64,000 bases of DNA from Zancudomyces culisetae HAW-14-8 (lineage: Eukaryota > Fungi > Kickxellomycota), in contig JBNJNM010000024.1 of NCBI GenBank assembly GCA_052426225.1, forward strand, positions 52,274 to 116,273. The letters run 5' to 3'. Positions 39,978 through 52,094 of this stretch are shown here, in pieces. The notes under the pieces are model-generated. The model made no database searches. It saw only the letters and a program-made list of their open reading frames with translations, and was not told where the DNA came from. The number at the start of each line of letters is the position of its first letter. The first letter of the stretch is position 1. The position numbers and the translations under genes are program-made.

Positions 39978-41081
39978 ATGTGTATAGCAAAAACTTTATC
40001 AGGGGTTAAATGTGCATATAAGCCACTTATTAACTATGAAGTATGTGGTAAGCATATAAGTAGTGATACTCATATAGAAGGTAGATGTTCTTATATAATG
40101 AAAAATAAACTATATTGTAATAGAAGTATAAAAAAACAGGGTAATGAAAAATGCGGAATACATAGCAAAATAAGGAGTAATATTAAGTCCGAGATTAATA
40201 TTAAGTCCGAGATTAATATTAAGTCTGAGATTAATATTAAATGTAACGCTTTAACCAAAAAAGGATTAAATTGCAAATACAAAGCATTGGATGGATATGA
40301 AACATGTGGTATTCATACAAAAAGTAAAGCTCATATAGATGGTCGTTGTATAGTAAAATCTAAAGATAGCATCACTTATTGTAATAGAATGATAAAGAAT
40401 TTAGATGAACAAGAGATAGGTAAGAGATCATTATTATTGTGCGGATTACATAAAAGATTCTCTATAAATAAAAGAATTAAAGCTCGCACATGTATATGGT
40501 TAGATGGAGTTTTCTGTTTAGATAAAAGAGGTTCATCGGTATTTTGCAATAAACATTACGAAGATAAACTTATAGTATTCGCCAAAAAAGAGAAAGATTC
40601 TTATGAGTATCCGAATAAGAAACAGAGATATATGCGTGTAATTTATAATATCAAACCCACTCAAGAACTTAAACCTATCCAAGAAGCTAAACCCACTCAA
40701 GAACTTGAAATATTATCAGATAGCGGTGATGATGGTATAAATCACGATATTGATATAAGAAATGTAAAAACAGGATTTGGTAAAGATAGTCTAAATAGAG
40801 ATACATGGCGTGGTCAACTAATAACACCAGAAATGCAAATACAGTTTGATAAATATAGAATGCAAGCTAAGGAAAGAGAAGAAATAGAAGAATTTAGTAG
40901 AAAATTTAAAGAAGAACAAGCTATTGAGAAGATGAGATACGAAAAAGAACAAGAAAAAAAAGACATTCGTCATAAAATGCTAATGGAGCAAGCTAGATTA
41001 AGATCATTGAATGAAACCAAAAATAAAAATAAAAATAAAAATAAAAATAAAAATAAAAATAAAATAAAAGATAATATATAG
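39978..41081 (+). CDS. Zinc-finger-like repeat protein (copy 2)
   Basis: Identical to 13946..15049. Confidence 0.75.
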   Translation: MCIAKTLSGVKCAYKPLINYEVCGKHISSDTHIEGRCSYIMKNKLYCNRSIKKQGNEKCGIHSKIRSNIKSEINIKSEINIKSEINIKCNALTKKGLNCKYKALDGYETCGIHTKSKAHIDGRCIVKSKDSITYCNRMIKNLDEQEIGKRSLLLCGLHKRFSINKRIKARTCIWLDGVFCLDKRGSSVFCNKHYEDKLIVFAKKEKDSYEYPNKKQRYMRVIYNIKPTQELKPIQEAKPTQELEILSDSGDDGINHDIDIRNVKTGFGKDSLNRDTWRGQLITPEMQIQFDKYRMQAKEREEIEEFSRKFKEEQAIEKMRYEKEQEKKDIRHKMLMEQARLRSLNETKNKNKNKNKNKNKNKIKDNI

Positions 41082-41138
41082 CTATTTATATTTTATATAG
41101 CTATTTATATTTTATATAGCTATATATTATAAAAAAAG

Positions 41139-41171
41139 AAGCCCCCCGTCAGTATATGGGGGGCTTTTTTT
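41139..41171 (+). terminator. GC-rich stem-loop plus T-run (copy 2)
   Basis: Identical to 15107..15139. Confidence 0.65.
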
Positions 41172-41399
41172 GCCTTTTTATATACCAAATATGAATAATA
41201 TATTTTCAGAATCTAAACAATCACATTGCCATTTTACATATAGCATATTCGGTATTTTATACTATATATAGCACTATATTTAATATATATTAAACATAAG
41301 TATTCATTCTAATCCAGTCCTGACAATACTATTCTTAAAGACATTCATATAATATTCATTTATTAATAACATTTCAAGATATAAAAAACAATTAATATT

Positions 41400-43163
41400 A
41401 TGAATATTCCAATATATTACGAAGATAACCCTCATAACTGCATCGAAAATGTATCATTTACCACAACAACCCCGGAACAAAATTTTGTTTTATCATATAT
41501 GCATCCTAAAACACCATATAGAAGTCTACTACTATCATTTCAGTTGGGAATTGGAAAAACTTACTGCGCAGCTGCCTTATCATATTTATTCAATATCAAT
41601 GGTTTTGATGTCATTTTCATATCGCATAACACAAATACAATAACAAATTTTAAGAATGAATATAAAATTTTTATAAATGAGAATAGATTAAATAGTAAAA
41701 GTATGAATATAAAATATTACGGTTTAACAAGCTTCTCGAGAAATAAAGTGAATATAGACAATTCTTTGGTAATTATAGATGAAGCTCACAATATGAGAGA
41801 AAATGCTAGCAGATATACATATATAAAAAAGAAAATGCATGATTCCACCAACTCGAAACTTCTTATAATATCAGCCACGCCAATGATAGATAATCCTAAC
41901 GAATTGAAATCATTATGCAATATGCTACCCATAGAAACGCCAATAGCTTATGCCGAAAACACGTTTAAATACGGATATGGTGTTTATATACTAAATAAAG
42001 ATATAAAATATTCGAATAATTCGGAAAAAGATATAATCAATAACAATATGCTATTCGCGACCGAAATGAAAGGTTTACAGTTAAAAAAATATAATGATGA
42101 AAAAGGTAAAAAATGCAAAGATATATATACAACATTACGTCAGCTAACATTAAGTACCGGTGTTTATAACAAAAATATTCCTTTAGAAGAACAGTCAGCC
42201 AAAATAAATTTTCTTATAAATAACATACCAGAAAATGAATTGGTTGTAGTTTTTGTTTATTATATAAAAAGAGGGATTACGTTTTTATGCGATGTTTTAA
42301 ATCATTTAGGTTGGACAACAGTAAGAGGTCAGGAGAAATCTTATGCTGTAATAAATGGTAATGTATCTACCGAAGAAATAAATAATATATTGCGGGATTT
42401 CAATAGCTTGCAAAATTATAACGGAAAAGTAATACGTCTTTTGATAGGAAGTAACGTGCTTAACGAATCTATAACTTTGAAAAACGTAACAAATGTACAT
42501 ATATTAACACCGTATTGGAATTACGGATATATAAATCAGGCTATAGGCCGTGTTATACGAAAAGGTTCTCATACATCCAATGTACAAATAAAAATATATA
42601 AGCATGTATGCTTAAATTCTATAGATATTGATATGTACAAAATAGCATACGATAAAAATATAAAGATATTGGAAGTTATGAATGATATTAAAACAGAAAA
42701 CGTATGCAAACCTCTAGCCGAGATATTCAATCCACCAATACCCGATAATATACAAATATTTCAAATTGATGATTTTATATGGGATTTTAGGAAATGCTTC
42801 GATATAAATGAAAATAAAATATCATGGTGCAATGTATATCCGGATAAAGCTGAGTGTTATGATATCGTAAATCGAAAGAAATCTATAAGCGTATGCTCGG
42901 ATATGAACATATTTACAACTCGCGATTATCCAAACACTCCACTTATATGGAGAAGTTGTGTAGATAGAAGATTAAGATTTACATATATAGATATAACGAA
43001 GAATAAAAAATTTCAAAGAAGAGGTAAACTTATAGATAATATGAATCGTGATGAATGGGAAATAATAAAACAAACACTCAAAATTGATAAAAATATCAAC
43101 ATAATAGACTATATTTCAAAAAATAACTACTATTTTGAAGAGCAAATATATCTCAAAGAATAA
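41400..43163 (+). CDS. D6/D11-like SF2 helicase (copy 2)
   Basis: Identical to 15368..17131. Confidence 0.9.
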   Translation: MNIPIYYEDNPHNCIENVSFTTTTPEQNFVLSYMHPKTPYRSLLLSFQLGIGKTYCAAALSYLFNINGFDVIFISHNTNTITNFKNEYKIFINENRLNSKSMNIKYYGLTSFSRNKVNIDNSLVIIDEAHNMRENASRYTYIKKKMHDSTNSKLLIISATPMIDNPNELKSLCNMLPIETPIAYAENTFKYGYGVYILNKDIKYSNNSEKDIINNNMLFATEMKGLQLKKYNDEKGKKCKDIYTTLRQLTLSTGVYNKNIPLEEQSAKINFLINNIPENELVVVFVYYIKRGITFLCDVLNHLGWTTVRGQEKSYAVINGNVSTEEINNILRDFNSLQNYNGKVIRLLIGSNVLNESITLKNVTNVHILTPYWNYGYINQAIGRVIRKGSHTSNVQIKIYKHVCLNSIDIDMYKIAYDKNIKILEVMNDIKTENVCKPLAEIFNPPIPDNIQIFQIDDFIWDFRKCFDINENKISWCNVYPDKAECYDIVNRKKSISVCSDMNIFTTRDYPNTPLIWRSCVDRRLRFTYIDITKNKKFQRRGKLIDNMNRDEWEIIKQTLKIDKNINIIDYISKNNYYFEEQIYLKE

Positions 43164-43205
43164 AAATAGTAATAATAATAAAAAAAGAAAGTCGAAGATC
43201 AAAAA

Positions 43206-43721
43206 ATGATATATAATAGCATAGATAAAACATTGATAAGTTTATCCGACGATAAAAGAAAATTGGGTGAGGGATTTCTAATCGATATATACTATGATGG
43301 AGGGATTCTACAGATATCAGAGAAAAACAAATTCATGATAATAGATGGTATAACAACAACTAAATATAACAAGAGACAAATTTTGTTGAAATCTAAAGTT
43401 CTAACAAAGATGATAAATGATATAATAGATTCAATATCAGAAAAATATGACATAACAGTAACTGATCCTTTTTATGACGGCAACATTAAAATAAACATAA
43501 ATGATAAAACAAGAATAACTGATGTAAAAACTAGAAAAATTCTAAATACCGATTTAACCGGTAAAATTTTCTACGCATGTATATCAATTACTGTCCAATC
43601 CATTTTCCAAATGAATACAAAAACTACTATTCAGTTAAATGCTAATGAAATAGTAATATGCAAAGTAAAAGATAGTGATCTGGAAATAGATATATCTAAA
43701 CTCACATTATCCGAAATTTAA
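43206..43721 (+). CDS. Probable SSB (copy 2)
   Basis: Identical to 17174..17689. Confidence 0.45.
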   Translation: MIYNSIDKTLISLSDDKRKLGEGFLIDIYYDGGILQISEKNKFMIIDGITTTKYNKRQILLKSKVLTKMINDIIDSISEKYDITVTDPFYDGNIKININDKTRITDVKTRKILNTDLTGKIFYACISITVQSIFQMNTKTTIQLNANEIVICKVKDSDLEIDISKLTLSEI

Positions 43722-43866
43722 TATTGGGTTGTTTCTATCTATATAATATCACTAAAGCTGCTAAATCCGTATTGATTTTTATTTTATACATCTTTTAAAA
43801 CATAAATATAATACATCTTTTAAAACATAAATATAATACATCTTTTAAAATACTACCGATGTAATA

Positions 43867-45204
43867 TTATACATTTATAGTATTTATTCTTTTATTGAAT
43901 AACTTAAAACTCGGTACTTGCGCTTGCGGATGAAAATCTCTAATAAAAGCAATCAATCCTTCGTAGCTATTACTACTGAATCTATTTTGTTTTATATATT
44001 TAATTATAATATCATTCTCGTCTTGTACGGCTCTTGTTGATTCTTCTATCTCTTTACATTCCAACAATCCTTCATTTATATATCTACGCGCTTCTTCAAT
44101 CATTATTTCCATAAATGAACCGGCATATGTTCTTAACTTACCACCTAACATTTTATCTACAGGTAAATCATTAGGGAGTATTATTTTATCTGTAAAATTG
44201 GATATAAATGGTAAAACAACTATTCTATTCCATATAGCTTCTTCCAATACTGCTATATTATCTGTTGTATTTACTATATATATTATTTTCGCAAGCACAT
44301 TTATATTCGAACCTTCTTTATATAGTCCTCTTACATATATGGTATCATTTCCTGTGAGTTCTTTAACTATCCCTATATTTAACTTCTCATCATGAGACGG
44401 TTCTTGTAGAAATGCTACCAATTTTTTTTCCAATAGAGCCAGTTCTGGTGTGGCTCCAGACGATATTGTTCTTTTACCAGTTACAAGAGATGTCGGTAAT
44501 TTTATAGAATATTCTCCCATAGCCAACTCGATTAATCTCGCCAATATAGATTTGCCATTATTACCTATACCATTCCAAATCATGAATATTTTATCTTTAT
44601 TTCCAGGTATTAACAATGAGCCGGCATATCTTAAGAAATATTTCATTATATTTTCTTGAGGGAATATATCTTTTAGCATACGCAATACTTTCTCTTTATA
44701 ATCTATATTTAAAGGCATGTGAGTATTTATAGAACAGTAATCATTGGGATAACCATCTCTCAGATTGCCGTTAAATACATCAAATGATACATTCCCAATT
44801 CTAATAGATTTAAAATTGCTTAATTTCTCTGTAAATTTTTTATTATAAGAATGTAGTGCTATATCATTTATAAAACTCTTTCTTTTATTGAAATTACTAC
44901 CGCAAGATGGATAGAAATTTATAATATATTTAATCAAACATATATTACCATGATCAATTTCCCATATACCGTTATTGAAAACGTAAAATATTTTTCTATC
45001 GCAGTCTATACATACGAATTTATCTTTATATAACAATGAAAATTTATTAGCTTTATCGTAATTTGTTGTTGCTTCTATGTTTCTTATTTTTTCATCATAG
45101 ATTTCTCTTGTGTTTGAAATGTTTAACTGATGAAAGATATCTATTATATCACACTCGAAAGAATAATTCGGAATTATATTTTTTATTATTTGATATTCAT
45201 CCAT
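43867..45204 (-). CDS. D5-like SF3 helicase (copy 2)
   Basis: Identical to 17835..19172. Confidence 0.93.
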   Translation of the reverse strand: MDEYQIIKNIIPNYSFECDIIDIFHQLNISNTREIYDEKIRNIEATTNYDKANKFSLLYKDKFVCIDCDRKIFYVFNNGIWEIDHGNICLIKYIINFYPSCGSNFNKRKSFINDIALHSYNKKFTEKLSNFKSIRIGNVSFDVFNGNLRDGYPNDYCSINTHMPLNIDYKEKVLRMLKDIFPQENIMKYFLRYAGSLLIPGNKDKIFMIWNGIGNNGKSILARLIELAMGEYSIKLPTSLVTGKRTISSGATPELALLEKKLVAFLQEPSHDEKLNIGIVKELTGNDTIYVRGLYKEGSNINVLAKIIYIVNTTDNIAVLEEAIWNRIVVLPFISNFTDKIILPNDLPVDKMLGGKLRTYAGSFMEIMIEEARRYINEGLLECKEIEESTRAVQDENDIIIKYIKQNRFSSNSYEGLIAFIRDFHPQAQVPSFKLFNKRINTINV

Positions 45205-45717
45205 ATTGACTATATTTTTTCGGTGATAATTTGGATACGGTAAATTTGAATATTCTGAATTATATTCATATATATTTATATTTTCAACAATGGTTTTAAA
45301 TCCGTATTATATACTATTTTAAACCTATTTATAATATTTAAAAAAAGTTATCAATAATAACTGGACAGTTATGCCGCGAAATAAACATAAATATAAAAAA
45401 TATCCATATCTCCCAGATTTATATTTTTCTGTTAGATGAAATTATTAAATATAATATCGCTTAAAAAATATAATATCGCATAGGGTCATATAATATATTT
45501 AATACTTTTACAATTATAATAGTATGTTATTTGTAAAGTATTAAATATTACATTCGATAAAAATATACCATGTATAAAGCTTGGTTAGATAGATATTTTA
45601 TATGAGTATTTTTTATAGTTTTATGCTATAACTATTTAATAAAATCATCGTGTAAAGCTAACAGATATATTATATATACTATTTACCAAATAAAATCGGC
45701 TGACAAAAAAATATTTG

Positions 45718-46173
45718 TCAATTGCGTTTAAAAAATATATGTTCAGTTATTTTATCAATTTTTTTTCTATCGCATTTCAAATTATCAATATTCTTTGAAC
45801 TATATATTTTGGATATATTACTTTCTTTTCTATTTAAAGCATCTATAACGACCGAATGTTTTCTTAAATTATCAGTATCTTTGGTATAATATTTTGTAGT
45901 GTATATATCTTTTATATCAACTATATCTGTATCACCCGTATCAAAAAATCTTTTAACCTTCCCCCCTTCAATTTCTTCAGCAGTAATTAATATCATAGTT
46001 TTTTCGCTAATTGCTAATTTTAGAGAATTAATTTCATCATAAACATCAGAATCTAAACCGGCTCTATGAAAAGCGCTTAAAGTTTTCTGTGTTATTTCCG
46101 AAAAATAATCCATGTTTTCCATTAACATATTGTTCTTTTTGCAATTTGTTTCCAGGCATATAGCACACTTCAT
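45718..46173 (-). CDS. RNA polymerase small subunit (copy 2)
   Basis: Identical to 19686..20141. Confidence 0.75.
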   Translation of the reverse strand: MKCAICLETNCKKNNMLMENMDYFSEITQKTLSAFHRAGLDSDVYDEINSLKLAISEKTMILITAEEIEGGKVKRFFDTGDTDIVDIKDIYTTKYYTKDTDNLRKHSVVIDALNRKESNISKIYSSKNIDNLKCDRKKIDKITEHIFFKRN

Positions 46174-46477
46174 TTTCTTTAACGTTATCCACTATGCATT
46201 CAATTTCAAATGTATCAATGACATCAAATGATGTAATCCATCTGATGGGTGGTAGTATGTAAACTCCTTCTTGAATCAGATTTCTATTGGCCTCGAGTTT
46301 AAGTCTTAATTTACCTATTTTATCGCAATTTGCTCCTAATATATGTGATATTAGTAACTTATAAGGTACGCTGAAAGATTTATATGATATCAATCTTACA
46401 GCTACAATGGTGGGAATTTCAGTCATTAGATGGTTATTGGAATTTGAATATGAAGAAATAAATCCTCTTATATTCAT
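46064..46477 (-). CDS. Possible Rpb7-like protein (copy 2)
   Basis: Identical to 20032..20445. Confidence 0.35.
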   Translation of the reverse strand: MNIRGFISSYSNSNNHLMTEIPTIVAVRLISYKSFSVPYKLLISHILGANCDKIGKLRLKLEANRNLIQEGVYILPPIRWITSFDVIDTFEIECIVDNVKENEVCYMPGNKLQKEQYVNGKHGLFFGNNTENFKRFS

Positions 46478-47825
46478 AGATAATTTTAATATGTCAGAAT
46501 TATGGCCTTATATATCTATTAAAAATGTATCGTTGGGATATAACGGGAAATCACCACAGATAAATAAGGATAAAGAATCAGATTTTTTTATGTTTAGTAA
46601 ATATAGAATTTATAGAATGAATAAAAATAAAGGATCTGTTATCACATATGACATAATTTCAGCTTTATCTAGCCTTTCAAATATAATAAATATAACAAAA
46701 ACTACATCATTAGCACATACAGTATTATACAGATGGAATTTCGATTTTCATATATTGTTAAATATTATAGAAATGATGGAAGATATGGAAATATTGGAAG
46801 ACAATAAACCATGTTTAACAAGAGCAACAGTTAGATACAAAAAGATGGAAATGGATATAGTATCTGGTGTTATATCGCATTCATCATCCAACCAAGAAGA
46901 ACATGATGAAATGGATAAATTATGCGCAGAGTTGGAAGAACAATATAATCGAGAAGCTGATAATTATATTAAAATATTCGATATGCTAGATAAGCCAAGT
47001 ATAGATCCGGCAAGTATACATCAATCTATAGATTATGAGGTTTGGTATAAAGCTCGTAGAGAAAATCAGAGAGAATGGCCTATGATATCAAAAAAACCTT
47101 TAAATAAGAGTTCTATAGAATTCAGAGGTAATTATTATTCGAATCCAGATACAAATAAATATGTGAGATTGAAAGAAAGATATGATGATAATCCTTATAT
47201 ATATTTACCGAGATTATATTCTACTTATCAGAGTACCGATAAATATATATCGAAAAAAAATACAATACCGGTAATTGTAAGAAGAATATGCGAAGAAAAT
47301 GGAACATTTTTGAAACAACGTAAACACAATACGGAAGCATCGATATATATTGATGCGAGAGGAAAATTTATATCAACAGATATAAATCCTAAATATATCG
47401 TAATGGATGGTATTATAATAAGCACTTTTGATAAAAGAATAGATATACATAAGTATCATGCTGATATATGTGCTCAAGTTCTTGATTCAGACTGGAATAT
47501 ATCAAAGATATATATAAAATGTATTAAAGATGAATATGAAAACGAATATAACTACGAGGAAAAAATAGTAAACGGAGTTAGGATAAACAATATACCAGTA
47601 TTGCCTTATTATTATAAAGAAATAATCCATGATTATAATTATTTAAATAGATTGAGATATGGGCCATTGATGGATTTGAGTTATATAGGAATAGTGAAGC
47701 CTAATGATAATGATATAATAACATTCCCATTCGATAAGAAGCGTACGATATACTGTAGTGGTATGTTGGAGACACATAGATTAAAAACTTTTAAGTATAA
47801 AAAGAGCGTATATGAATTTAGATGA
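46407..47825 (+). CDS. Probable VETF-L-like protein (copy 2)
   Basis: Identical to 20375..21793. Confidence 0.5.
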   Translation: MVGISVIRWLLEFEYEEINPLIFIDNFNMSELWPYISIKNVSLGYNGKSPQINKDKESDFFMFSKYRIYRMNKNKGSVITYDIISALSSLSNIINITKTTSLAHTVLYRWNFDFHILLNIIEMMEDMEILEDNKPCLTRATVRYKKMEMDIVSGVISHSSSNQEEHDEMDKLCAELEEQYNREADNYIKIFDMLDKPSIDPASIHQSIDYEVWYKARRENQREWPMISKKPLNKSSIEFRGNYYSNPDTNKYVRLKERYDDNPYIYLPRLYSTYQSTDKYISKKNTIPVIVRRICEENGTFLKQRKHNTEASIYIDARGKFISTDINPKYIVMDGIIISTFDKRIDIHKYHADICAQVLDSDWNISKIYIKCIKDEYENEYNYEEKIVNGVRINNIPVLPYYYKEIIHDYNYLNRLRYGPLMDLSYIGIVKPNDNDIITFPFDKKRTIYCSGMLETHRLKTFKYKKSVYEFR

Positions 47826-48255
47826 TGACTGCAAATTTAATATATATTATTTTTATATAAGCAGAATAATATTAATAAAAATGAGTAAAAGAATTCAAAA
47901 GGAATTGAGAGATGCTATAAGAGATGAGACAATTGATGAAATTATAGATAAATTAGATAATTATAATGAAGATGTGGATATATCTACTCTTATTAATATG
48001 TTGGATGATATGAAATTATCGAATATAAAATCGACAAAAAGCAAGAAGGTTATCAGTGAAGAAAACAGATGTACTAGAAGAAAGAAGAATGATCAACAAT
48101 GTATGGCACCTAAAAGTAACGAATACAGTTGCTGGTCTCATATGTCACAGGATGAGAGAGAGGTACATACAAGAGATAAAAAAACTAAATCTGTTAAGAT
48201 AGAAAAATTGAGTAAAGAGGAGAAACAATTAATTGAAAATTTATCGAACGAATAA
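47812..48255 (+). CDS. Small CCCH-motif protein (copy 2)
   Basis: Identical to 21780..22223. Confidence 0.65.
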   Translation: MNLDDDCKFNIYYFYISRIILIKMSKRIQKELRDAIRDETIDEIIDKLDNYNEDVDISTLINMLDDMKLSNIKSTKSKKVISEENRCTRRKKNDQQCMAPKSNEYSCWSHMSQDEREVHTRDKKTKSVKIEKLSKEEKQLIENLSNE

Positions 48256-48631
48256 AGTAATATCAATGTTAATAAAATCGAGCATATTTCAAAGAGTATA
48301 AAATAAAAAATAGATATAATATTGCATATAATAAGTATATATAATCTGTAATTTTATATTTTTTAAAATTATTCATCTATCAATATACTTTAAAACCACT
48401 ATCGATTTTTATATCTAATATGATAATACTGATTGATCATCATGTATTATATATTTTAAGCTTCGGATAGAATGTAATATAGTATTTAACTTAGTTTTGA
48501 ATAAGTTGTAATATATTATATTTTTTAATTGTTTTTGTATATATTTTTAAAAAAATGAAATATTAATATGTGAATAATTAAAGATGGTTTTGTAAATTTT
48601 TTGTTTAATATTATAGTTATAATATTAAAAA

Positions 48632-51600
48632 ATGTCATCATACGACTATACAAGTTTTGGACAAATTGAAATATATAATATATATTATCCATATAATACG
48701 AATATAACTATATTGAATAATCCATCTCAATGTATAAATAATAAATTGAGTTATGTAGCAATTATAGAAAATAAGAGAATACCAATAATGATTGGTTCAG
48801 ATATTCATTTATCTATACATAAAAATGATAACCCCATAGAAATGTATGGATATTTTATTATTGATGGTATATGCAAATCATTATCTCTAATTCTTATGAT
48901 GAGCAATACTTTATATACTAAAGATAGAGCTTATATTTCCGAAAGTAGAAGAATAAGCATTATTTCTATGGGTAACTACGAGCTAACACTAAAAGGTAAA
49001 ACTACCAAATGGAATTTGCCTATTAATTACGATTTGATATATCGCAAATCAGTGGATATGCATAAGTTAAAAACTCATCTAGATTTAGTGGCTAAAACTA
49101 AGAAGACTAAATTTTCTAAAGAAATATCAGAAGATGATGCCGTCATATTATGTTATATGTTTGAAAACTGGCTTGGTATAACTAATAATGTTAATATTAA
49201 GAGAAGATTGATAACGCCCGGTGAGCTGATTTATGATTGCATCAAACATGAATATGATGTTGTTAAATTTTTCCGTACACACAACTGGGTTATAAAAAAT
49301 ATACAGAACGTTACTTCTATATCGGAAGATATGAAACATTATTCTATTTTAGGAGATATAGAATCTATAAGACGTATAACATTTCCCACGGCAAGAGAAC
49401 ATATGTCTATGAAAGAAAGATTGGTTAAAGATGAATATAAATATCTGATATGTCCTGTGCAAACTTCTGATGGTTCTTTATGCGGTACAATTTTATATTT
49501 ATCTAAAGATGCTAGAATAACTCATAAGAATACAGATTATGAAATCATCCATAACGATGCATCAAATTGTAATAATATTCATAATATTCATAATAATATC
49601 CAAACAAATGAATGGGTATTTAATTATAACGCATCATCAACTATTGATGAGTATTATCTTTTTATCGATGGTAAATTCAACGGTAAAGTCAAAGATGTAA
49701 AAGTGTCAAATAATGATAACATATACAAAGATGATAGAATAATAATAGTATGGACACATAACGGTAGAATTTATAATCCTATTAAAGATAGATATGTATC
49801 TGTAACAGCTGATTATATTCCATTTATAACACATAATCCAGCTGTTAGAGCGATGTTTACTTGTAGTATGATTAAACAAGCTCTAACTGTTGATAATAGA
49901 TTAAAACTACCGTTTAATGATGTTAAATGGCTTATAAAAGGTGAGCAACCAATAATTGGTAAATCTTTTCCAACTCCGTATGGTTGGAATCTAAAAACGG
50001 CTATAATGCCATGGTATGGATTTAATATAGAGGATGCTGTTGTTATAAGTAAATCTACCAGTAAAAAATATATGAGTGTTAAACAAAATTGTTATTCATG
50101 TAGATTGGAAAGTTCCGAAGATAGAATTTTAAATGTGTATGTTAAAGTTGGAGATTATGTCAGCAAAGGTAGCGAATTGTTTAAATCGTTTAAACCGTCA
50201 CAAATAACTACTATTGAAAATGTTAGGTCTAATCACGTAGGTATAGTATCTTCTATTTTATATAATCCAAAATGTTTTACCATAGTTGTTAGGAATTACA
50301 GAAATATCAAAATTGGCGATAAAATGTCCAATAGACATGGTCAAAAGGGTATTGTAAGCTTAATACTTGATGATGAATATATGCCTCAATATTATGATGA
50401 TTCGGAGAATGCATGGATTAATATAGATTTGTTAATAAATCCACATGCATTTCCGGGTAGAATGACTTACGGACAGATAAAGGAAATGGGGGAAAAAGAA
50501 TATAATGTCAGATTTAATGATGGTAATGGTAATATAAAAAATGTAAAAAATAAAATTTTGGTTGGTATATGTTATTACATGGCTTTAAGACATCAAGTAG
50601 ATGATAAAATACAATATAGAGATTTCGGACAAATTGATAATATAACAAAACAAGCCAAATCAGGCAAATCGAAAAATGGAGGTTTAAGATTTGGTAGTAT
50701 GGAAAGAGATATTATGATAGCCATAGGATGTCATGATATACTAGAAGAGATATATAAGATGGATAAGACTATAGCGTATTCTTGCTCAATATGCGGGTTT
50801 ATATCGACTCATATAATTAATAAATATTGCGATGGGTTTAAAGATTGTTTAACGAATTCGCCAAACAATAAAAAAGACGTGAATGAAGATGACAAGTGTA
50901 CATTTGTCAAGATAAACTGCAATCAATATCTACTAATTTGTTGCTCTTTGCTGAGATCCAATGGTTATGATATACGATATTGGTATGACGCGAATGAATA
51001 TTCTATAGTTGATTATTCCGAAAATGAATATAATAAGACCAATGATTTATTCTTCGGCGATACAGATTTATTAGATGTGCGATTCTATAAAAACACACCG
51101 GTACTACCATGCATATTGAGATCTACATATTTAAATAATCTATATAGTAGATTTGGTGCGGGTAAAAAAATTATTAAAGAACATAAAAGATTATTATTTG
51201 GAAAAAATGGAGCTTATCATAGATTAGTTGAAGGTCATAAGATAAATCACTGTCTAAGATCAGTTATTGTACCAAATCCAGAACTGCCTATTGATACAAT
51301 AGAAATACCATTTGGATCCGATATTGGTACGAGTTATGGGTTATTGAATAGACAGCCATCATTAAGTTATAAATCGATAATGTCGGTTAAATTAGTGATT
51401 GGTAATACACAATGTATACGCATAAATCCTTTATTATGTAGTTCTTTTAATGCCGATTTTGATGGGGATGAGATGTGTGTTTATGGTATGAATAAGATAT
51501 ATACCGAGTTACCAGTAAGGCCTATATATATACAAGATTATATATTGGGTATATCTTGCTCTTCAGATAATAATCATAGTCAACTTTTATCAATACCCGA

Positions 51601-51916
51601 TAATAAAAAAGAGTATAGATATCCAAAACATATAACAGAAGATGGTTTAACAGCCAACAAAGAAGGTATATACACTATGATAAATAATAAAAGCAAAGGT
51701 AAAGATTTCAATTTTAAGTTTATATACGAAAGAATTGGAGACGTTATAGTTCAGAATGAAAAAATCGGTACTATAGAAAGTTGTTATCAGAAAGGATTAT
51801 CAGATGATGAGTGGTATTTGCAAGCTAAAGCTGCTAGAGAAGCCGCATCTACTATTGGTATATATACTCCTTATACAGGAGAATTGAATTCTATATGCAA
51901 TAAGAAATCAATATAA
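48632..51916 (+). CDS. Fused beta/beta' RNA polymerase (copy 2)
   Basis: Identical to 22600..25884. Confidence 0.95.
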   Translation: MSSYDYTSFGQIEIYNIYYPYNTNITILNNPSQCINNKLSYVAIIENKRIPIMIGSDIHLSIHKNDNPIEMYGYFIIDGICKSLSLILMMSNTLYTKDRAYISESRRISIISMGNYELTLKGKTTKWNLPINYDLIYRKSVDMHKLKTHLDLVAKTKKTKFSKEISEDDAVILCYMFENWLGITNNVNIKRRLITPGELIYDCIKHEYDVVKFFRTHNWVIKNIQNVTSISEDMKHYSILGDIESIRRITFPTAREHMSMKERLVKDEYKYLICPVQTSDGSLCGTILYLSKDARITHKNTDYEIIHNDASNCNNIHNIHNNIQTNEWVFNYNASSTIDEYYLFIDGKFNGKVKDVKVSNNDNIYKDDRIIIVWTHNGRIYNPIKDRYVSVTADYIPFITHNPAVRAMFTCSMIKQALTVDNRLKLPFNDVKWLIKGEQPIIGKSFPTPYGWNLKTAIMPWYGFNIEDAVVISKSTSKKYMSVKQNCYSCRLESSEDRILNVYVKVGDYVSKGSELFKSFKPSQITTIENVRSNHVGIVSSILYNPKCFTIVVRNYRNIKIGDKMSNRHGQKGIVSLILDDEYMPQYYDDSENAWINIDLLINPHAFPGRMTYGQIKEMGEKEYNVRFNDGNGNIKNVKNKILVGICYYMALRHQVDDKIQYRDFGQIDNITKQAKSGKSKNGGLRFGSMERDIMIAIGCHDILEEIYKMDKTIAYSCSICGFISTHIINKYCDGFKDCLTNSPNNKKDVNEDDKCTFVKINCNQYLLICCSLLRSNGYDIRYWYDANEYSIVDYSENEYNKTNDLFFGDTDLLDVRFYKNTPVLPCILRSTYLNNLYSRFGAGKKIIKEHKRLLFGKNGAYHRLVEGHKINHCLRSVIVPNPELPIDTIEIPFGSDIGTSYGLLNRQPSLSYKSIMSVKLVIGNTQCIRINPLLCSSFNADFDGDEMCVYGMNKIYTELPVRPIYIQDYILGISCSSDNNHSQLLSIPDNKKEYRYPKHITEDGLTANKEGIYTMINNKSKGKDFNFKFIYERIGDVIVQNEKIGTIESCYQKGLSDDEWYLQAKAAREAASTIGIYTPYTGELNSICNKKSI

Positions 51917-52094
51917 CCAATTCAATATAATGTTTAAATATTTTTTGCTACGATTTATCGCTGATGCATCATTCGTCATTCGATAAAAAATACATTGTTG
52001 TTATATAATTTGAATGCACTTTTTAAAATATAAATTACACTCAATTTGCCTGTAATTACATTGTTCTGATATATTTTAATATCAATTTGTAAGA